Positions 18,746-28,544 of a DNA stretch of 55,080 nucleotides are shown here, piece after piece; position 1 is the first letter of the stretch; each line of letters begins with the position of its first letter. The notes beneath the pieces are model-generated. The model was not told where the DNA came from, searched no databases, and was given only the letters and a program-made list of their open reading frames with translations. Both the position numbers and the translations under genes were made by a program. Where the stretch lies: assembly GCA_002773535.1 (NCBI GenBank), contig PFAZ01000009.1, positions 100,739 to 155,818 of the forward strand. Reading direction: 5' to 3'. The DNA is from Candidatus Harrisonbacteria bacterium CG10_big_fil_rev_8_21_14_0_10_40_38 (GTDB lineage: Bacteria > Patescibacteriota > Minisyncoccia > UBA6257 > 1-14-0-10-40-38).

Positions 18746-19805
18746 GGTAATCTTTTTTGGTATTAGTACTATACTCCAAAAACTGCAAAGAAGCAGTGTT
18801 ATATCAGCGGTAATTCCTGTAGCGCTTGTAATAGCTGGTTTGTTTGCGGGATTTATTAGTTCTAGTGACCCATCCGTACTTTCGGCAAAGTCACAGAACG
18901 TTGTTTTTGGCGGCCCTGAAAGCGTGGCTTTTGCAGCTACACCTAAAGAGGGTCTCGCTTTATTTGAGAGCGTTACGCCATCTTCAGAGATTGGTCTCGA
19001 AGGCACATTGCCCGAGGAACAAGTTGCGTCGTTAGTTGGTGATGCATATCTTGTGAATCCAAATCACCCTCTTTCAGGAACACTTCCTACGAGAGGAGAT
19101 ACTTTAATACATACGGTACAGTCGGGAGATACTCTTTCCGGGATTGCTGCGGAGTATGGGATTTCTTTAAATACGCTCCTTTGGGCAAATTCTGATAAGT
19201 TGAAGGGAGGGTACTTACCAGTCGGAACAGAGGTTATCATCCTCCCTGTTTCTGGGGTACTACATAGAGCGCGAGAAGGTGAGACTATTAGATCAATTTC
19301 CGCTTTGTATGGAGTTCCTGAGGAAAAAATTATTGAGGTAAATAGATCTTCTGTGTCGCAACTTGTTGCGGGTACTATGCTTGTTATTCCCGGTGGGAGA
19401 CCAAGGACGACGCCTTCGTCTCAAAGTGTAAAATTACCTTCAATTCCTGGGTATTTTACTCTTCCTGCTACCGGCTGGAATTGGGGAGAGATTCATCCAT
19501 ATAATGCAGTGGATATAGCGAATGCATGTGGTACGCCTATATACGCTGCTCAAGAGGGGCTTGTTACAAGAATCGGGTCGCCGACGCAGTGGAATGGCGG
19601 ATATGGTGGTTTTATTGAAATAGAACACCCAAATAAAACACTTACAAGATACGCGCACCTGCAGGAAATACTTGTTGCTCCGGGTGATTATGTTTCTAAA
19701 AAACAAAACATCGCAGAGATGGGAAATACAGGGAATGTTCACGGAAACCCTGGGTGTCATCTCCACTTCGAAGTTGACGGAGCAAAAAATCCTCTTGCAA
19801 GGTAA
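18744..19805 (+). CDS. LysM plus M23 family peptidoglycan endopeptidase
   Basis: LysM HTVQSGDTLSGIA; M23 HPYNAVD, YAHL, HLHFEV. Start uncertain. Confidence 0.92.
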   Translation: MVIFFGISTILQKLQRSSVISAVIPVALVIAGLFAGFISSSDPSVLSAKSQNVVFGGPESVAFAATPKEGLALFESVTPSSEIGLEGTLPEEQVASLVGDAYLVNPNHPLSGTLPTRGDTLIHTVQSGDTLSGIAAEYGISLNTLLWANSDKLKGGYLPVGTEVIILPVSGVLHRAREGETIRSISALYGVPEEKIIEVNRSSVSQLVAGTMLVIPGGRPRTTPSSQSVKLPSIPGYFTLPATGWNWGEIHPYNAVDIANACGTPIYAAQEGLVTRIGSPTQWNGGYGGFIEIEHPNKTLTRYAHLQEILVAPGDYVSKKQNIAEMGNTGNVHGNPGCHLHFEVDGAKNPLAR

Positions 19806-19817
19806 CGCTTTGATTTT

Positions 19818-20399
19818 ATGATTCAGGCGCTATCAGGAACACTAATAGCGAAGAGGCCGAGTAAACTTATTGTTGATATCGGTCCTGTTGCGTTTGGTGT
19901 TTATGTTTCAGAAAATGTTTTGGCAAATTCCCCTGAGATCGGAAGTAAAATAAAACTTTTTTCATATTTACACGTAAGAGAAGATGCTCTGGAACTTTAT
20001 GGTTTTTTAGATGAAAGAGAGTTGGATCTTTTTAAAAAACTGCATGGTATTTCAGGAATCGGTCCTAAGTCAGCGCTTAGTATACTTGGCGTTGCTCCGA
20101 TCGAACAATTAGTTTCGGCGATAAACGTGGGGAAGGCAGATCTTCTTTCTCGGGCGAGCGGTGTTGGAAAAAAGACTGCAGAGAGGATAGTGCTTGAGCT
20201 TAAAGGTAAATTATCTTTTCAGTCTTCGGCTGAAGCGCTAAATATTTTTGAGTCAGATGTTGAACTCGAGGAGACTTTGGTTGGACTTGGGTATACAAGA
20301 GCTCATGTAAAGATGGTAATTTCAAAAATTGATCCATCTGTGAGTGGGTTTAAAGATAGGCTAAAAGAGGCTTTAAAAAACATGAAAACAATGCCCTAG
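19818..20399 (+). CDS. ruvA: Holliday junction branch migration protein RuvA
   Basis: HVREDALELYGF, ISGIGPKSAL, GVGKKTAERIVLELK. Confidence 0.96.
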   Translation: MIQALSGTLIAKRPSKLIVDIGPVAFGVYVSENVLANSPEIGSKIKLFSYLHVREDALELYGFLDERELDLFKKLHGISGIGPKSALSILGVAPIEQLVSAINVGKADLLSRASGVGKKTAERIVLELKGKLSFQSSAEALNIFESDVELEETLVGLGYTRAHVKMVISKIDPSVSGFKDRLKEALKNMKTMP

Positions 20400-20420
20400 A
20401 CTTATCTACTGATTTGGGGC

Positions 20421-20448
20421 TTGATTTTTTCTGTGCATTTGATATAAT
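20421..20448 (+). promoter_or_regulatory. Sigma70-type promoter
   Basis: TTGATT-N16-TATAAT with extended -10 TG. Confidence 0.6.
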
Positions 20449-20540
20449 AACTTACAGTTCTTCGAAAAGGGTTTTCGCTTGGCGAAGCGTTCGTCCACCC
20501 TTTTTTGGAAGACGTGTGTTCTTTCAGGGGAAAGTGTGTC

Positions 20541-20864
20541 ATGTCGTACGAAGAAGCAGGAGTGGAGGATCGTCAGGTTGGTTTGGTGTACAGGATGGAA
20601 GATGCCGTGCAAGAGGAAGAGTTTGATCGTGAGCTCAAGATGAGGTGTCAGTGCGGCGGAGTGTGTGACTGTGGCGAAGTGTCGGTTTTTTCCCAAAGAG
20701 AGAAGAAATACGACAGTCGTGTCGATCGGTGGGTGAAAAAAACGTGTAGGGAAAAGAATCTCGAAGTTCCTGAGGAGCTTCGAGGGTCGCAGTCGCCCCC
20801 CCTCTTTTTAGTGAGAGATGAAGAAGCTCTCGGCTACGTGACGCAGCTTTTCGGGATGGCATGA
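20541..20864 (+). CDS. Orphan 107-aa protein with CxCxxxCxC motif
   Basis: ORF 20505-20864, likely ATG 20541; has its own promoter and terminator; GC-richer than flanks by eye. Confidence 0.55.
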   Translation: MSYEEAGVEDRQVGLVYRMEDAVQEEEFDRELKMRCQCGGVCDCGEVSVFSQREKKYDSRVDRWVKKTCREKNLEVPEELRGSQSPPLFLVRDEEALGYVTQLFGMA

Positions 20865-20906
20865 AGAAAGAAGGCCCGCGCTATAAATTAGCGTAGGCAA
20901 ATGGGA

Positions 20907-20930
20907 GCCCTGTACCGGTTGGTACAGGGC
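20907..20930 (+). terminator. Perfect 10-bp hairpin
   Basis: GCCCTGTACC-GGTT-GGTACAGGGC; U-tract weak. Confidence 0.55.
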
Positions 20931-20970
20931 CCAAACTTTATTTATATAATGGAATTGTAATATTATTTGA

Positions 20971-22197
20971 GTGGTTTTTATGAAATTTTTGAAGAATATA
21001 TATCACTACCTTTTGGCTTTTTTAGGTTCTGTTTTTTACGGAAATCCATCTAAAAAACTTTATGTTATAGGCGTTACCGGAACAAAGGGAAAATCCAGTA
21101 CGGTGAGTCTTTTGGGGGATATATTGAAACGTTCTGGTGAAAAAGTTGCAGTCTTGTCTTCTGCGACTGTTTTTGCGGGAGACTATGTTCTTAAAAAGAA
21201 AACTAGCAATACGATGCCTGGGAGGTTTTTTATACAAAAATTTTTAAGGAGAGCTGTAATAGAAAAATGTAAATATGCAATTGTTGAAGTTACTTCACAG
21301 GGAGTTCTTCAGTATAGGCATAGGTTTATAGGTTTTGATGCGGCGATTTTTTTAAATATTCACCCGGAACATATTGAGGCACATGGATCGTTTGAGGCTT
21401 ATCGGGACGCAAAAGTTTCTTTTTTTAGATATATTGCATTTAATTCTAAAAAGAAAAATTTATTTTTTTTGGTTAATAGAAATGATGCGGAGTCAAAGTT
21501 TTTTATAGATGTGGTGAATGGGAAGGGCAGGGTGGTTTATTTTGATGAAAAAGATTTTAGTGATAGGTTTTTTCCGGAAAATACTCATATGAGTTATTGG
21601 TTTGCCAGTGACTTTAATAAAGAAAATGCTGCGGCTGCGGGAATAATGGTTTTGGAGCTTGGTGTTTCTCCGGAATTTATCTCTGAAACACTTAGGTCAT
21701 TTTCAGGTGTTCCGGGAAGGTTTGAAGTAGTTTCGCATTCGCCAAGAGTGATAGTTGATTATGCTCACACGCCGCATTCATTAGAAAAACTTTATCGATT
21801 TTTGAATGAAACCAGAAAAGATAAATCCTCGAAACTTATTTGTGTTTTGGGCTCATGCGGTGGAGGGCGCGATGTATGGAAGAGGCCCGTTTTTGGAAAA
21901 ATCGCATCTGAAAGATGTCAGGCGATATTTCTTACCGATGAAGACTCTTATGATGAGGATAGGCAGAAAATAATTTCTGATATTAGATCGGGGATATCCC
22001 AAGAATTTCCAAAAGAAAATATTTTTGAATTTTTAGATAGAGGAGAAGCAATATCGCGTGCGATTAAATTTGCAGACAAGGATGATACAGTTGTTATTTC
22101 CGGAAAGGGAAATGAACAATGGTTGCATTTAAGTCGTGGTAGAAAAATTCCTTGGAGTGATAGCGAGATTGCCAAAAATTGTATTGATGGTATTTAG
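20971..22197 (+). CDS. murE: Mur ligase, MurE type
   Basis: GVTGTKGKSS, EVTSQG, NIHPEHIEAH, VPGRFE, VDYAHTP, GGGRD..KRP, GKGNE. Confidence 0.85.
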   Translation: MVFMKFLKNIYHYLLAFLGSVFYGNPSKKLYVIGVTGTKGKSSTVSLLGDILKRSGEKVAVLSSATVFAGDYVLKKKTSNTMPGRFFIQKFLRRAVIEKCKYAIVEVTSQGVLQYRHRFIGFDAAIFLNIHPEHIEAHGSFEAYRDAKVSFFRYIAFNSKKKNLFFLVNRNDAESKFFIDVVNGKGRVVYFDEKDFSDRFFPENTHMSYWFASDFNKENAAAAGIMVLELGVSPEFISETLRSFSGVPGRFEVVSHSPRVIVDYAHTPHSLEKLYRFLNETRKDKSSKLICVLGSCGGGRDVWKRPVFGKIASERCQAIFLTDEDSYDEDRQKIISDIRSGISQEFPKENIFEFLDRGEAISRAIKFADKDDTVVISGKGNEQWLHLSRGRKIPWSDSEIAKNCIDGI

Positions 22198-22242
22198 GTA
22201 AAGAATATTTGGATTTTTGCCGTTTGGGTTTACAATTCTCTT

Positions 22243-23592
22243 ATGCAGATTACTTTTCATGGTGGAGCTCGTATTGTAACGGGTTCTAATTATCTTCTTG
22301 AGCATGAGGGAGCAAGTATTTTAATTGATTGTGGCCTTCATCAGGGTCCAAATTATTGTGAAAAACATAATTGGAATAAATTTCCGTATGATCCGTCTTC
22401 GATTTTGGCTGTTTTTGTGACGCATGCGCACATAGACCACACCGGAAGGTTACCTAAACTTTTTAAAGATGGTTTTCGAGGTACGGTTTATTCGACGCCT
22501 CCTACGAGGGATTTTGCAAATCTTTTACTTCTTGATTCTGATCATATACTCGCCGAAGAAGCACGAAGATTTAAATTTGAACCACTTTATTCCGCGGATG
22601 ATGTCGGTGGACTAATGGAGAGATGGAAAGGAATTCCGTATCATGAGTCGATTGAAGTCGGGCCGTTTAAAGTGACACTACATAATGCTGGTCATATACT
22701 CGGGTCGTGTTTTATTTCCGTTGAGGCAGGGGGGGAGGTGGTTTTGTTTTCTGGGGATTTAGGAAATTCACCAGCTCCTATTATCGGAGCCCGTGAAATA
22801 TTTGAAGGGAAGGCGACTTATTGTCTTATTGAATCGACTTATGGAGATCGTATTCACGAGAAACTTCCAGAGAGAAAAGATATTTTAGAGAATATGATCG
22901 AGGATACAATAAAGAAAGGTGGAACTCTTTTAATTCCCGCATTTGCAATGGAAAGGACGCAGGAGCTTTTGTACGAACTTAATGATCTTGTGAATAATGG
23001 AAGAGTTCCTAAGGTACCAATTTTTTTAGATAGCCCGCTTGCGATAAAACTAACTTCTGTTTATCAGAACTACACCGATTACTTTACAGAAGAGACACAA
23101 AGAATAATCGCTGGGGGTGATAATATTTTTTCGTTTCCTGGATTAAAGCAAACCCTGACAACAGAAGAGTCAAAATCTATAAATGAAGTCCCTTCGCCGA
23201 AAGTTATTATTGCCGGTTCAGGTATGTCTCATGGCGGGCGAATAGTTCATCATGAAAAAAAATATTTATCTGATCCAAAGAGTACGTTATTTATTGTTGG
23301 TTATCAGGCGCATGGGTCTTTAGGTAGACAGATTTTGGATGGCGCAAGTTCGGTCAGAATCTTAGGTGAGGATGTCCCCATAAGGGCTGGTGTTGTGGCA
23401 GTCGGAGGTTATAGCGCTCACGCTGACCAACCTCAACTTTTAGAGTGGCTTAAACCTCTTAGAACTGACCTTAAAAAAGTATTTGTTGTACAAGGAGAAG
23501 AGGAGGCAAGTAAGGCACTTTCTCAGAAAATTGTTGACGAACTAGCAATTCACACAGTCATCCCCAACGAAGGTGACACGGCGGTGCTATAA
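22243..23592 (+). CDS. MBL-fold beta-CASP ribonuclease (YSH1-like)
   Basis: THAHIDH, AGHILG, SGDLG, ESTYG, YSAHAD. Confidence 0.9.
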   Translation: MQITFHGGARIVTGSNYLLEHEGASILIDCGLHQGPNYCEKHNWNKFPYDPSSILAVFVTHAHIDHTGRLPKLFKDGFRGTVYSTPPTRDFANLLLLDSDHILAEEARRFKFEPLYSADDVGGLMERWKGIPYHESIEVGPFKVTLHNAGHILGSCFISVEAGGEVVLFSGDLGNSPAPIIGAREIFEGKATYCLIESTYGDRIHEKLPERKDILENMIEDTIKKGGTLLIPAFAMERTQELLYELNDLVNNGRVPKVPIFLDSPLAIKLTSVYQNYTDYFTEETQRIIAGGDNIFSFPGLKQTLTTEESKSINEVPSPKVIIAGSGMSHGGRIVHHEKKYLSDPKSTLFIVGYQAHGSLGRQILDGASSVRILGEDVPIRAGVVAVGGYSAHADQPQLLEWLKPLRTDLKKVFVVQGEEEASKALSQKIVDELAIHTVIPNEGDTAVL

Positions 23593-23604
23593 TAGGTTTG
23601 CTTT

Positions 23605-24216
23605 ATGCAGAAACTAAAGAAATTATCTCGGCAAAAAGAGGAATTAGTAAGGCCCTATTGTCTTCGCTGTAAAATAGGCGTTTCTGGAGCTGCGGAAACC
23701 GGTCATTGCGCAATTGATGCGGTTGAAAAAGCTGAAGCTGTTGGAAGGGAGATCGCGCGAGCCGGCCTCGTTCTTGTAACCGGAGCGACGACGGGAATGC
23801 CATATTGGTCAGCAAAAGGCGCCAAAGAAGAGGGTGGCATGGTGATAGGCTTGTCGCCAGCTTCCTCAGAGGCAGCTCATGTAAAAACTTATCATCTTCC
23901 TGTTGATTATCACGATGTCATTGTTTACACGGGTTTTGAATATTCTGGTAGAAATCTTCTTCTTACAAGATCGGTTGATGCGGTTGTGGTTATATGTGGA
24001 AGAATCGGGACTTTAAATGAATTTACTATCGCCTATGAAGACCATAAACCGATTGGTATTTTAGAGGGAAGTGGTGGAACTGCCGATATGATAAGAGAGA
24101 TTGTTGAGACTTCAAAGAGGGGGCCGGGGAAAATCGTTTATTCAAGCGACCCGAAAGAGCTGATTAAAAAACTTACTGAACTTATAGAGCATGAGAAAGA
24201 AAAGTATATTAGTTAA
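23605..24216 (+). CDS. LOG-family (TIGR00725-like) nucleotide-binding protein
   Basis: IGVSGAA, LVTGA, GRNLLL, GRIGTLNEF. Confidence 0.8.
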   Translation: MQKLKKLSRQKEELVRPYCLRCKIGVSGAAETGHCAIDAVEKAEAVGREIARAGLVLVTGATTGMPYWSAKGAKEEGGMVIGLSPASSEAAHVKTYHLPVDYHDVIVYTGFEYSGRNLLLTRSVDAVVVICGRIGTLNEFTIAYEDHKPIGILEGSGGTADMIREIVETSKRGPGKIVYSSDPKELIKKLTELIEHEKEKYIS

Positions 24217-24220
24217 AAAT

Positions 24221-24667
24221 ATGAAAACAAAGAAAAAAACAATTAAAAAGAAAACCGTAACTTCAAAAAGAAAACCCTTGAAGGCCAAAGTTTCTAAAAC
24301 AAAAAAAGTAGTTAAGAAAAAAATAGCTCCGAAGAAATCTATTAGATCAAAAAAAGTAAAATCGAAGACAGGAAAAAAGTTGTCTACGGTGGGGAAAATG
24401 AAGGTTAAAAAAGCGAGCGCTGTTTTAAAACCTATTGGGCTTGTGACACATTATTATGACAAAATTGGTGTAGCTATAGTGTCTTTTAATAAAGCAGTTA
24501 GTTCTGGAATATCAGTTAGATTCAAGGGATCGACTACTGATTTTTTACAAACTATCTCATCGATGCAGCTGAATTATAAATCAGTTACTAGAGCTCCGAA
24601 GAGTAAGGAGATTGGTGTCAAAGTTAAAAACAGGGTGAGAGAAGGCGATTTTCTGTTCACTGCTTAA
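24221..24667 (+). CDS. Lys-rich tail fused to a small beta-barrel (EF-Tu domain II/U32 C-terminal-like)
   Basis: ORF 24191-24667, likely ATG 24221; IGLVTHYYDKIGVAIV, SMQLNYKSV, VREGD. Confidence 0.7.
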   Translation: MKTKKKTIKKKTVTSKRKPLKAKVSKTKKVVKKKIAPKKSIRSKKVKSKTGKKLSTVGKMKVKKASAVLKPIGLVTHYYDKIGVAIVSFNKAVSSGISVRFKGSTTDFLQTISSMQLNYKSVTRAPKSKEIGVKVKNRVREGDFLFTA

Positions 24668-24676
24668 AAAAATCTA

Positions 24677-25858
24677 ATGCGCTCTTTAATAAATAGTAAA
24701 TTCTTTAAGACATTTTTTCTTCCAGTAGGGTTTCTTTCGGGGACGATAATTGGAGCAGGTATATTTGCCTTGCCAGCGGTTTTTACTAGGGGCGGCGTTT
24801 TTGTTGGTCTTTCCTATTTGGTTTTTACATCAATTGCATATGTGATTGTTTTTCTTTTATATGGCGATGTAATACTTCGAACGACTGGGAAACATAGGTT
24901 TGTTGGATATGCAAGAAAGTATTTAGGGGATATAGCCGGAGCGTTGTCTGTTTTTATGACAATATTTGAGATGATTTTTGTGATGACAATATATCTGGTT
25001 TTATCTATTAGTTTTAGCAATCTAATCGCTCCGTCTCTGGATCCGCTTATCCCTCTTTTTATTTTTTGGGTTTTGGGATCGGCGACTATTTTCCTTAGTC
25101 TTAGGAGAATGGTTTTTTTGGAATTGCTTGTTGTGGTGGGAATGATTGCGATAGTTGTTTTTATCTTTTTTCTTGGTTTTGGAAATTTTATAGAGGAGTT
25201 GTTTTCAGGAGCACACATTCCGAGGTTCTCGGGCAATATATTATCTCTGCTCATACCGCTTAGTCCTATACTTTTTGCTTTTGGTGGCAGGGTTGCGATA
25301 CCATCTCTCATTGGTTACTTTAATCGACCAAAAACAAAGGAGAATGTTTATTTTATAAAACGGGCAATTGTTGGCGGTACGGTTTTACCGGCAGTGGTCT
25401 ATGTGTTGTTTGTTTTTGCCGTAATGGGTTTGTCGAGTAGCGTGTCGGATGATTCTGTGACTGGATTAATTGGGGTTGTGGCACCATCTCTTCTTTTTGT
25501 AATAGGAGCGCTCGGCCTGCTTTCTTTGTGGAGCTCTTATATAATTGTCGGACTTGATGTGGAGAGGAGTCTTTTTTATGACCTAAATTTCTCTTCGCTT
25601 ATTAGAATTGCGACTATTGTTTTTGCTCCGATGGCTTTGTATTTTTTTGGGTTACAAAATTTTCTTTCACTGGTTGGGATAGCCGGTGGTGTGTTTTTGG
25701 CTCTTGAAGGGCTTTTTATAATTGCTATATGGGTCAGGATGCAGAAAAAACTTAAAGGTTCACCACTTCTTATTTCAAAATATTCTTATACTGGAATCGT
25801 TTTTGCTTCTATAATATTTGCAACAGCATTTATTTATGAGCTATCGAAGTTGTCATAG
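24677..25858 (+). CDS. Aromatic amino acid permease (Trp/Tyr family)
   Basis: GTIIGAGIFALP; many TM helices. Confidence 0.8.
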   Translation: MRSLINSKFFKTFFLPVGFLSGTIIGAGIFALPAVFTRGGVFVGLSYLVFTSIAYVIVFLLYGDVILRTTGKHRFVGYARKYLGDIAGALSVFMTIFEMIFVMTIYLVLSISFSNLIAPSLDPLIPLFIFWVLGSATIFLSLRRMVFLELLVVVGMIAIVVFIFFLGFGNFIEELFSGAHIPRFSGNILSLLIPLSPILFAFGGRVAIPSLIGYFNRPKTKENVYFIKRAIVGGTVLPAVVYVLFVFAVMGLSSSVSDDSVTGLIGVVAPSLLFVIGALGLLSLWSSYIIVGLDVERSLFYDLNFSSLIRIATIVFAPMALYFFGLQNFLSLVGIAGGVFLALEGLFIIAIWVRMQKKLKGSPLLISKYSYTGIVFASIIFATAFIYELSKLS

Positions 25859-27220
25859 ATGAAGGTTTTAAGAGTTTTATTTTTTATATCGATTGCCCTC
25901 GTACCAATTGGGACACGGGTTATACTTTTCAAGTTCACTGGCGGGTTTCATGAGTATGAAGCCGTCTCTTTTTATTTGAGTGATGTTTTTGTTTTGGGTT
26001 TTATATTTTATTATTTAGGCTCTTACCTTAAAGCTTTTAAAAATTTTTTTTCAAATAAACTTAAATTATCTTTAGGGTCATTCTTATTTTTTTCTTTTGT
26101 TTCAATTTTTTTATCAATATCGTTTGGTCTTTCACTATATTCCCTTTTGAGACTTCTTGAGGTTGTTTTGTTTTCTATTTTTTCAGCGACAATTCTCCGG
26201 AAGGATGATTTTAAAAAAATATTTTTGATATTAGCTATATTTTCTGTCTTTGAGTCGTTTGTTGCGATAGGACAGTTTGTTTTGCAGAAGGATGTAGGAC
26301 TTCAGTTTCTTGGCGAATCACATTTAGGGATTTTCCCCGGAATAAGTAAGGTGCCTGCTGGAGGAGGGGTTTTACTTCGTGCTTATGGTACATTCCCACA
26401 CCCAAATATTTTAGGCGCGTTTTTACTTACTGGCCTTGTGTCTCTTTTGTATTTTTATTTTTTAACTTCGATTGAACCGGGCCGGAAATACTTTACGGGA
26501 GCGATAAGGCGGCTTTTTATTTCTGTTGGACTTTTCTTTGTGATTTTTGGGATAACTCTTACTTTTTCTAGAACTGCATGGATTCTCGCATTTTTAGTTG
26601 TTGCGTCTTTTGTTTTGTATGGGTTTTTGAGGCCGAGAGGGATTGTTTCAAGTCGACTCTATGGTCTTGGTAGCTGGTTTTTAAAATATCGCTCGAGATC
26701 GTTGGCGCTTAGATTAATTACTATTTCTGTGTTTTTTGTTTATTTGTTTAGCGTTCCTTTTGGAGATGTTTTTGTGCCTAGGGCGAGCGTGTCTATCGGC
26801 GAACCGTCGGTTTCTTATAGAGTTGTCTACAATAAGATGGCGCTTCATATAATCAAAGAACACCCTCTTGGTGTCGGGATTGGGTCAGAGGTGATAACCG
26901 CCTATAAGGAAAAAATTTTTGAAGGATATCACTTAACTGAGAGTTGGCAGTGGCAGCCGATACATAATATTTATCTTTTAGCGGCTAGCGAGATAGGTGT
27001 CCTCGGCGCTCTCGGCTTTCTATTGTTTTTTGTTTTTATTTTTTTAAATTTATTAAAGAAAGATTTTACTCATGAAAAATTTTCGGTTGCGGTTTTAATT
27101 TTTGCATTTTTACTTTTTGGCTTGGTTGATCATTTTTTTTGGACGCTTCAGCAGGGCAGGTTGATGTTCTGGCTTGTGGTGGTTTTGGCTATTTTTATAT
27201 CTAATAAGCAAAGGAATTAG
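25859..27220 (+). CDS. O-antigen ligase (Wzy_C)-family membrane protein
   Basis: RAYGTFPHPNILG, TFSRTAW, PLGVGIG, PIHNIYL. Confidence 0.85.
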   Translation: MKVLRVLFFISIALVPIGTRVILFKFTGGFHEYEAVSFYLSDVFVLGFIFYYLGSYLKAFKNFFSNKLKLSLGSFLFFSFVSIFLSISFGLSLYSLLRLLEVVLFSIFSATILRKDDFKKIFLILAIFSVFESFVAIGQFVLQKDVGLQFLGESHLGIFPGISKVPAGGGVLLRAYGTFPHPNILGAFLLTGLVSLLYFYFLTSIEPGRKYFTGAIRRLFISVGLFFVIFGITLTFSRTAWILAFLVVASFVLYGFLRPRGIVSSRLYGLGSWFLKYRSRSLALRLITISVFFVYLFSVPFGDVFVPRASVSIGEPSVSYRVVYNKMALHIIKEHPLGVGIGSEVITAYKEKIFEGYHLTESWQWQPIHNIYLLAASEIGVLGALGFLLFFVFIFLNLLKKDFTHEKFSVAVLIFAFLLFGLVDHFFWTLQQGRLMFWLVVVLAIFISNKQRN

Positions 27221-27293
27221 TATTAAAAGGGAGGTGGTCTTTGTGGGGGGGTCAATATTTAGTGTGGGGCAATATTCTTGTTATACTGGATTT

Positions 27294-28544
27294 ATGAATA
27301 TTCTTAAGACTTTTCGGGTTTCGATGGCTTCGCCGAGGGGTGTTTTAGCCCGTCAGATGTCTTTTAGGATATTAAAGAGTATTGGGTTTGGGGTTTCACT
27401 TGGACTTGTTGTTGCTGGCTTTCTTTCGGATCTTATAGTTATGAAAATTATTGGGATTTTAACCTTAACCGGTTTTATCGGCGGGTTTTTTTATTATCGA
27501 AAGAGGCTTATAGAAAAATCAGAAGCGGATTATAGGGTGTTTTTAAAGGATTTTGTTTCTGGTCAGATTGTGGCGCCTTCGGTAAATTCTTTGCTTTCAG
27601 ATAATGAAGTGAGGGCGCGATCTATTGCGGCTCTGCGTCTTTTAGAGGATGAAAAACTACGAGACATCGAATCGTTTTTCACTGAAAGAGTTCCCGGTCA
27701 ACAGGCGGCTATTGCGCAAATATCTAAGGCTCTTAGAGAGAAAGCAAAAAATATAGGTAAATCTACGGGACCGTTTTTTAGTTTTATGTTCGCGGGTCCA
27801 GTTGGTGTCGGGAAGCTTGAAGCTGCTGGGGCGGTTTCAGAATATTATTTTGGCAGTGATGAATTTTTAATAAAGTTTGATATGGCAAAGTTTGTAAGAG
27901 GTGATTCTGCAATAAGATTTTTTGGTTCTCCAGATAATCCAAGTGATGGAGTTTTAGCTCGAGCACTTTCTTCAAAGCAGAGATATGTTCTTTTGTGCGA
28001 TAACTTTGATATGACTCATCCTGACATAAAGAATATGTTCCTGAAAATTTTAGAAGATCCTGATTTTTTACGGAAATCAAAAATACCGGTTTCTTTTACA
28101 AATGCGATTTTAATTTTTTCTTTCAATATACTTTCGCCTCAATCAATAGTTTCTCCAAATGCGTTACCGGCGGATTTTGAGAAGGCTATCGTATCGCGTA
28201 CCAAAGCTTTATTTTCTCCTGAGTTTGTTTCAGCAGTTTCTCTTTGTTCTATATTTCATCCGCTTAGCCAAGACGGGGTGACATCTGCTGTGAGTTGTAA
28301 TCTATCAAGGCTTTCGCGAGTGTTATCTGAAACGCAGGGTATTAATGTTTCGTTTGATTCTTCTGCTGTGACAGCTGCGGCGAAAATCGGGTATGACTCT
28401 GCGTTTGGTCTGCGTCCACTAAAAGATGCTGTCTCTGCTAAAATAAGAAACAAGATAGCAGATGGGTTCGTAGAAGGTTCGATTAAGAAAGGATCTAAAT
28501 TAAAAGTCGGTTATTCGGATAACGATTTCGTTTTTTATGTTTAG
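27294..28544 (+). CDS. Membrane-anchored single ClpB/ClpC D2-like AAA+ domain, degenerate
   Basis: RVPGQQAAI, FMFAGPVGVGKLE, IKFDM, VSFTNAILIF, GYDSAFGLRPLK. Likely start ATG 27294. Confidence 0.8.
   Translation: MNILKTFRVSMASPRGVLARQMSFRILKSIGFGVSLGLVVAGFLSDLIVMKIIGILTLTGFIGGFFYYRKRLIEKSEADYRVFLKDFVSGQIVAPSVNSLLSDNEVRARSIAALRLLEDEKLRDIESFFTERVPGQQAAIAQISKALREKAKNIGKSTGPFFSFMFAGPVGVGKLEAAGAVSEYYFGSDEFLIKFDMAKFVRGDSAIRFFGSPDNPSDGVLARALSSKQRYVLLCDNFDMTHPDIKNMFLKILEDPDFLRKSKIPVSFTNAILIFSFNILSPQSIVSPNALPADFEKAIVSRTKALFSPEFVSAVSLCSIFHPLSQDGVTSAVSCNLSRLSRVLSETQGINVSFDSSAVTAAAKIGYDSAFGLRPLKDAVSAKIRNKIADGFVEGSIKKGSKLKVGYSDNDFVFYV

Noticed and set aside
26640-26680. Possible heptamer insertion in the O-antigen ligase gene (TGGT recurrences)
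   Set aside because: Spacing is 6 then 7; too weak to call.
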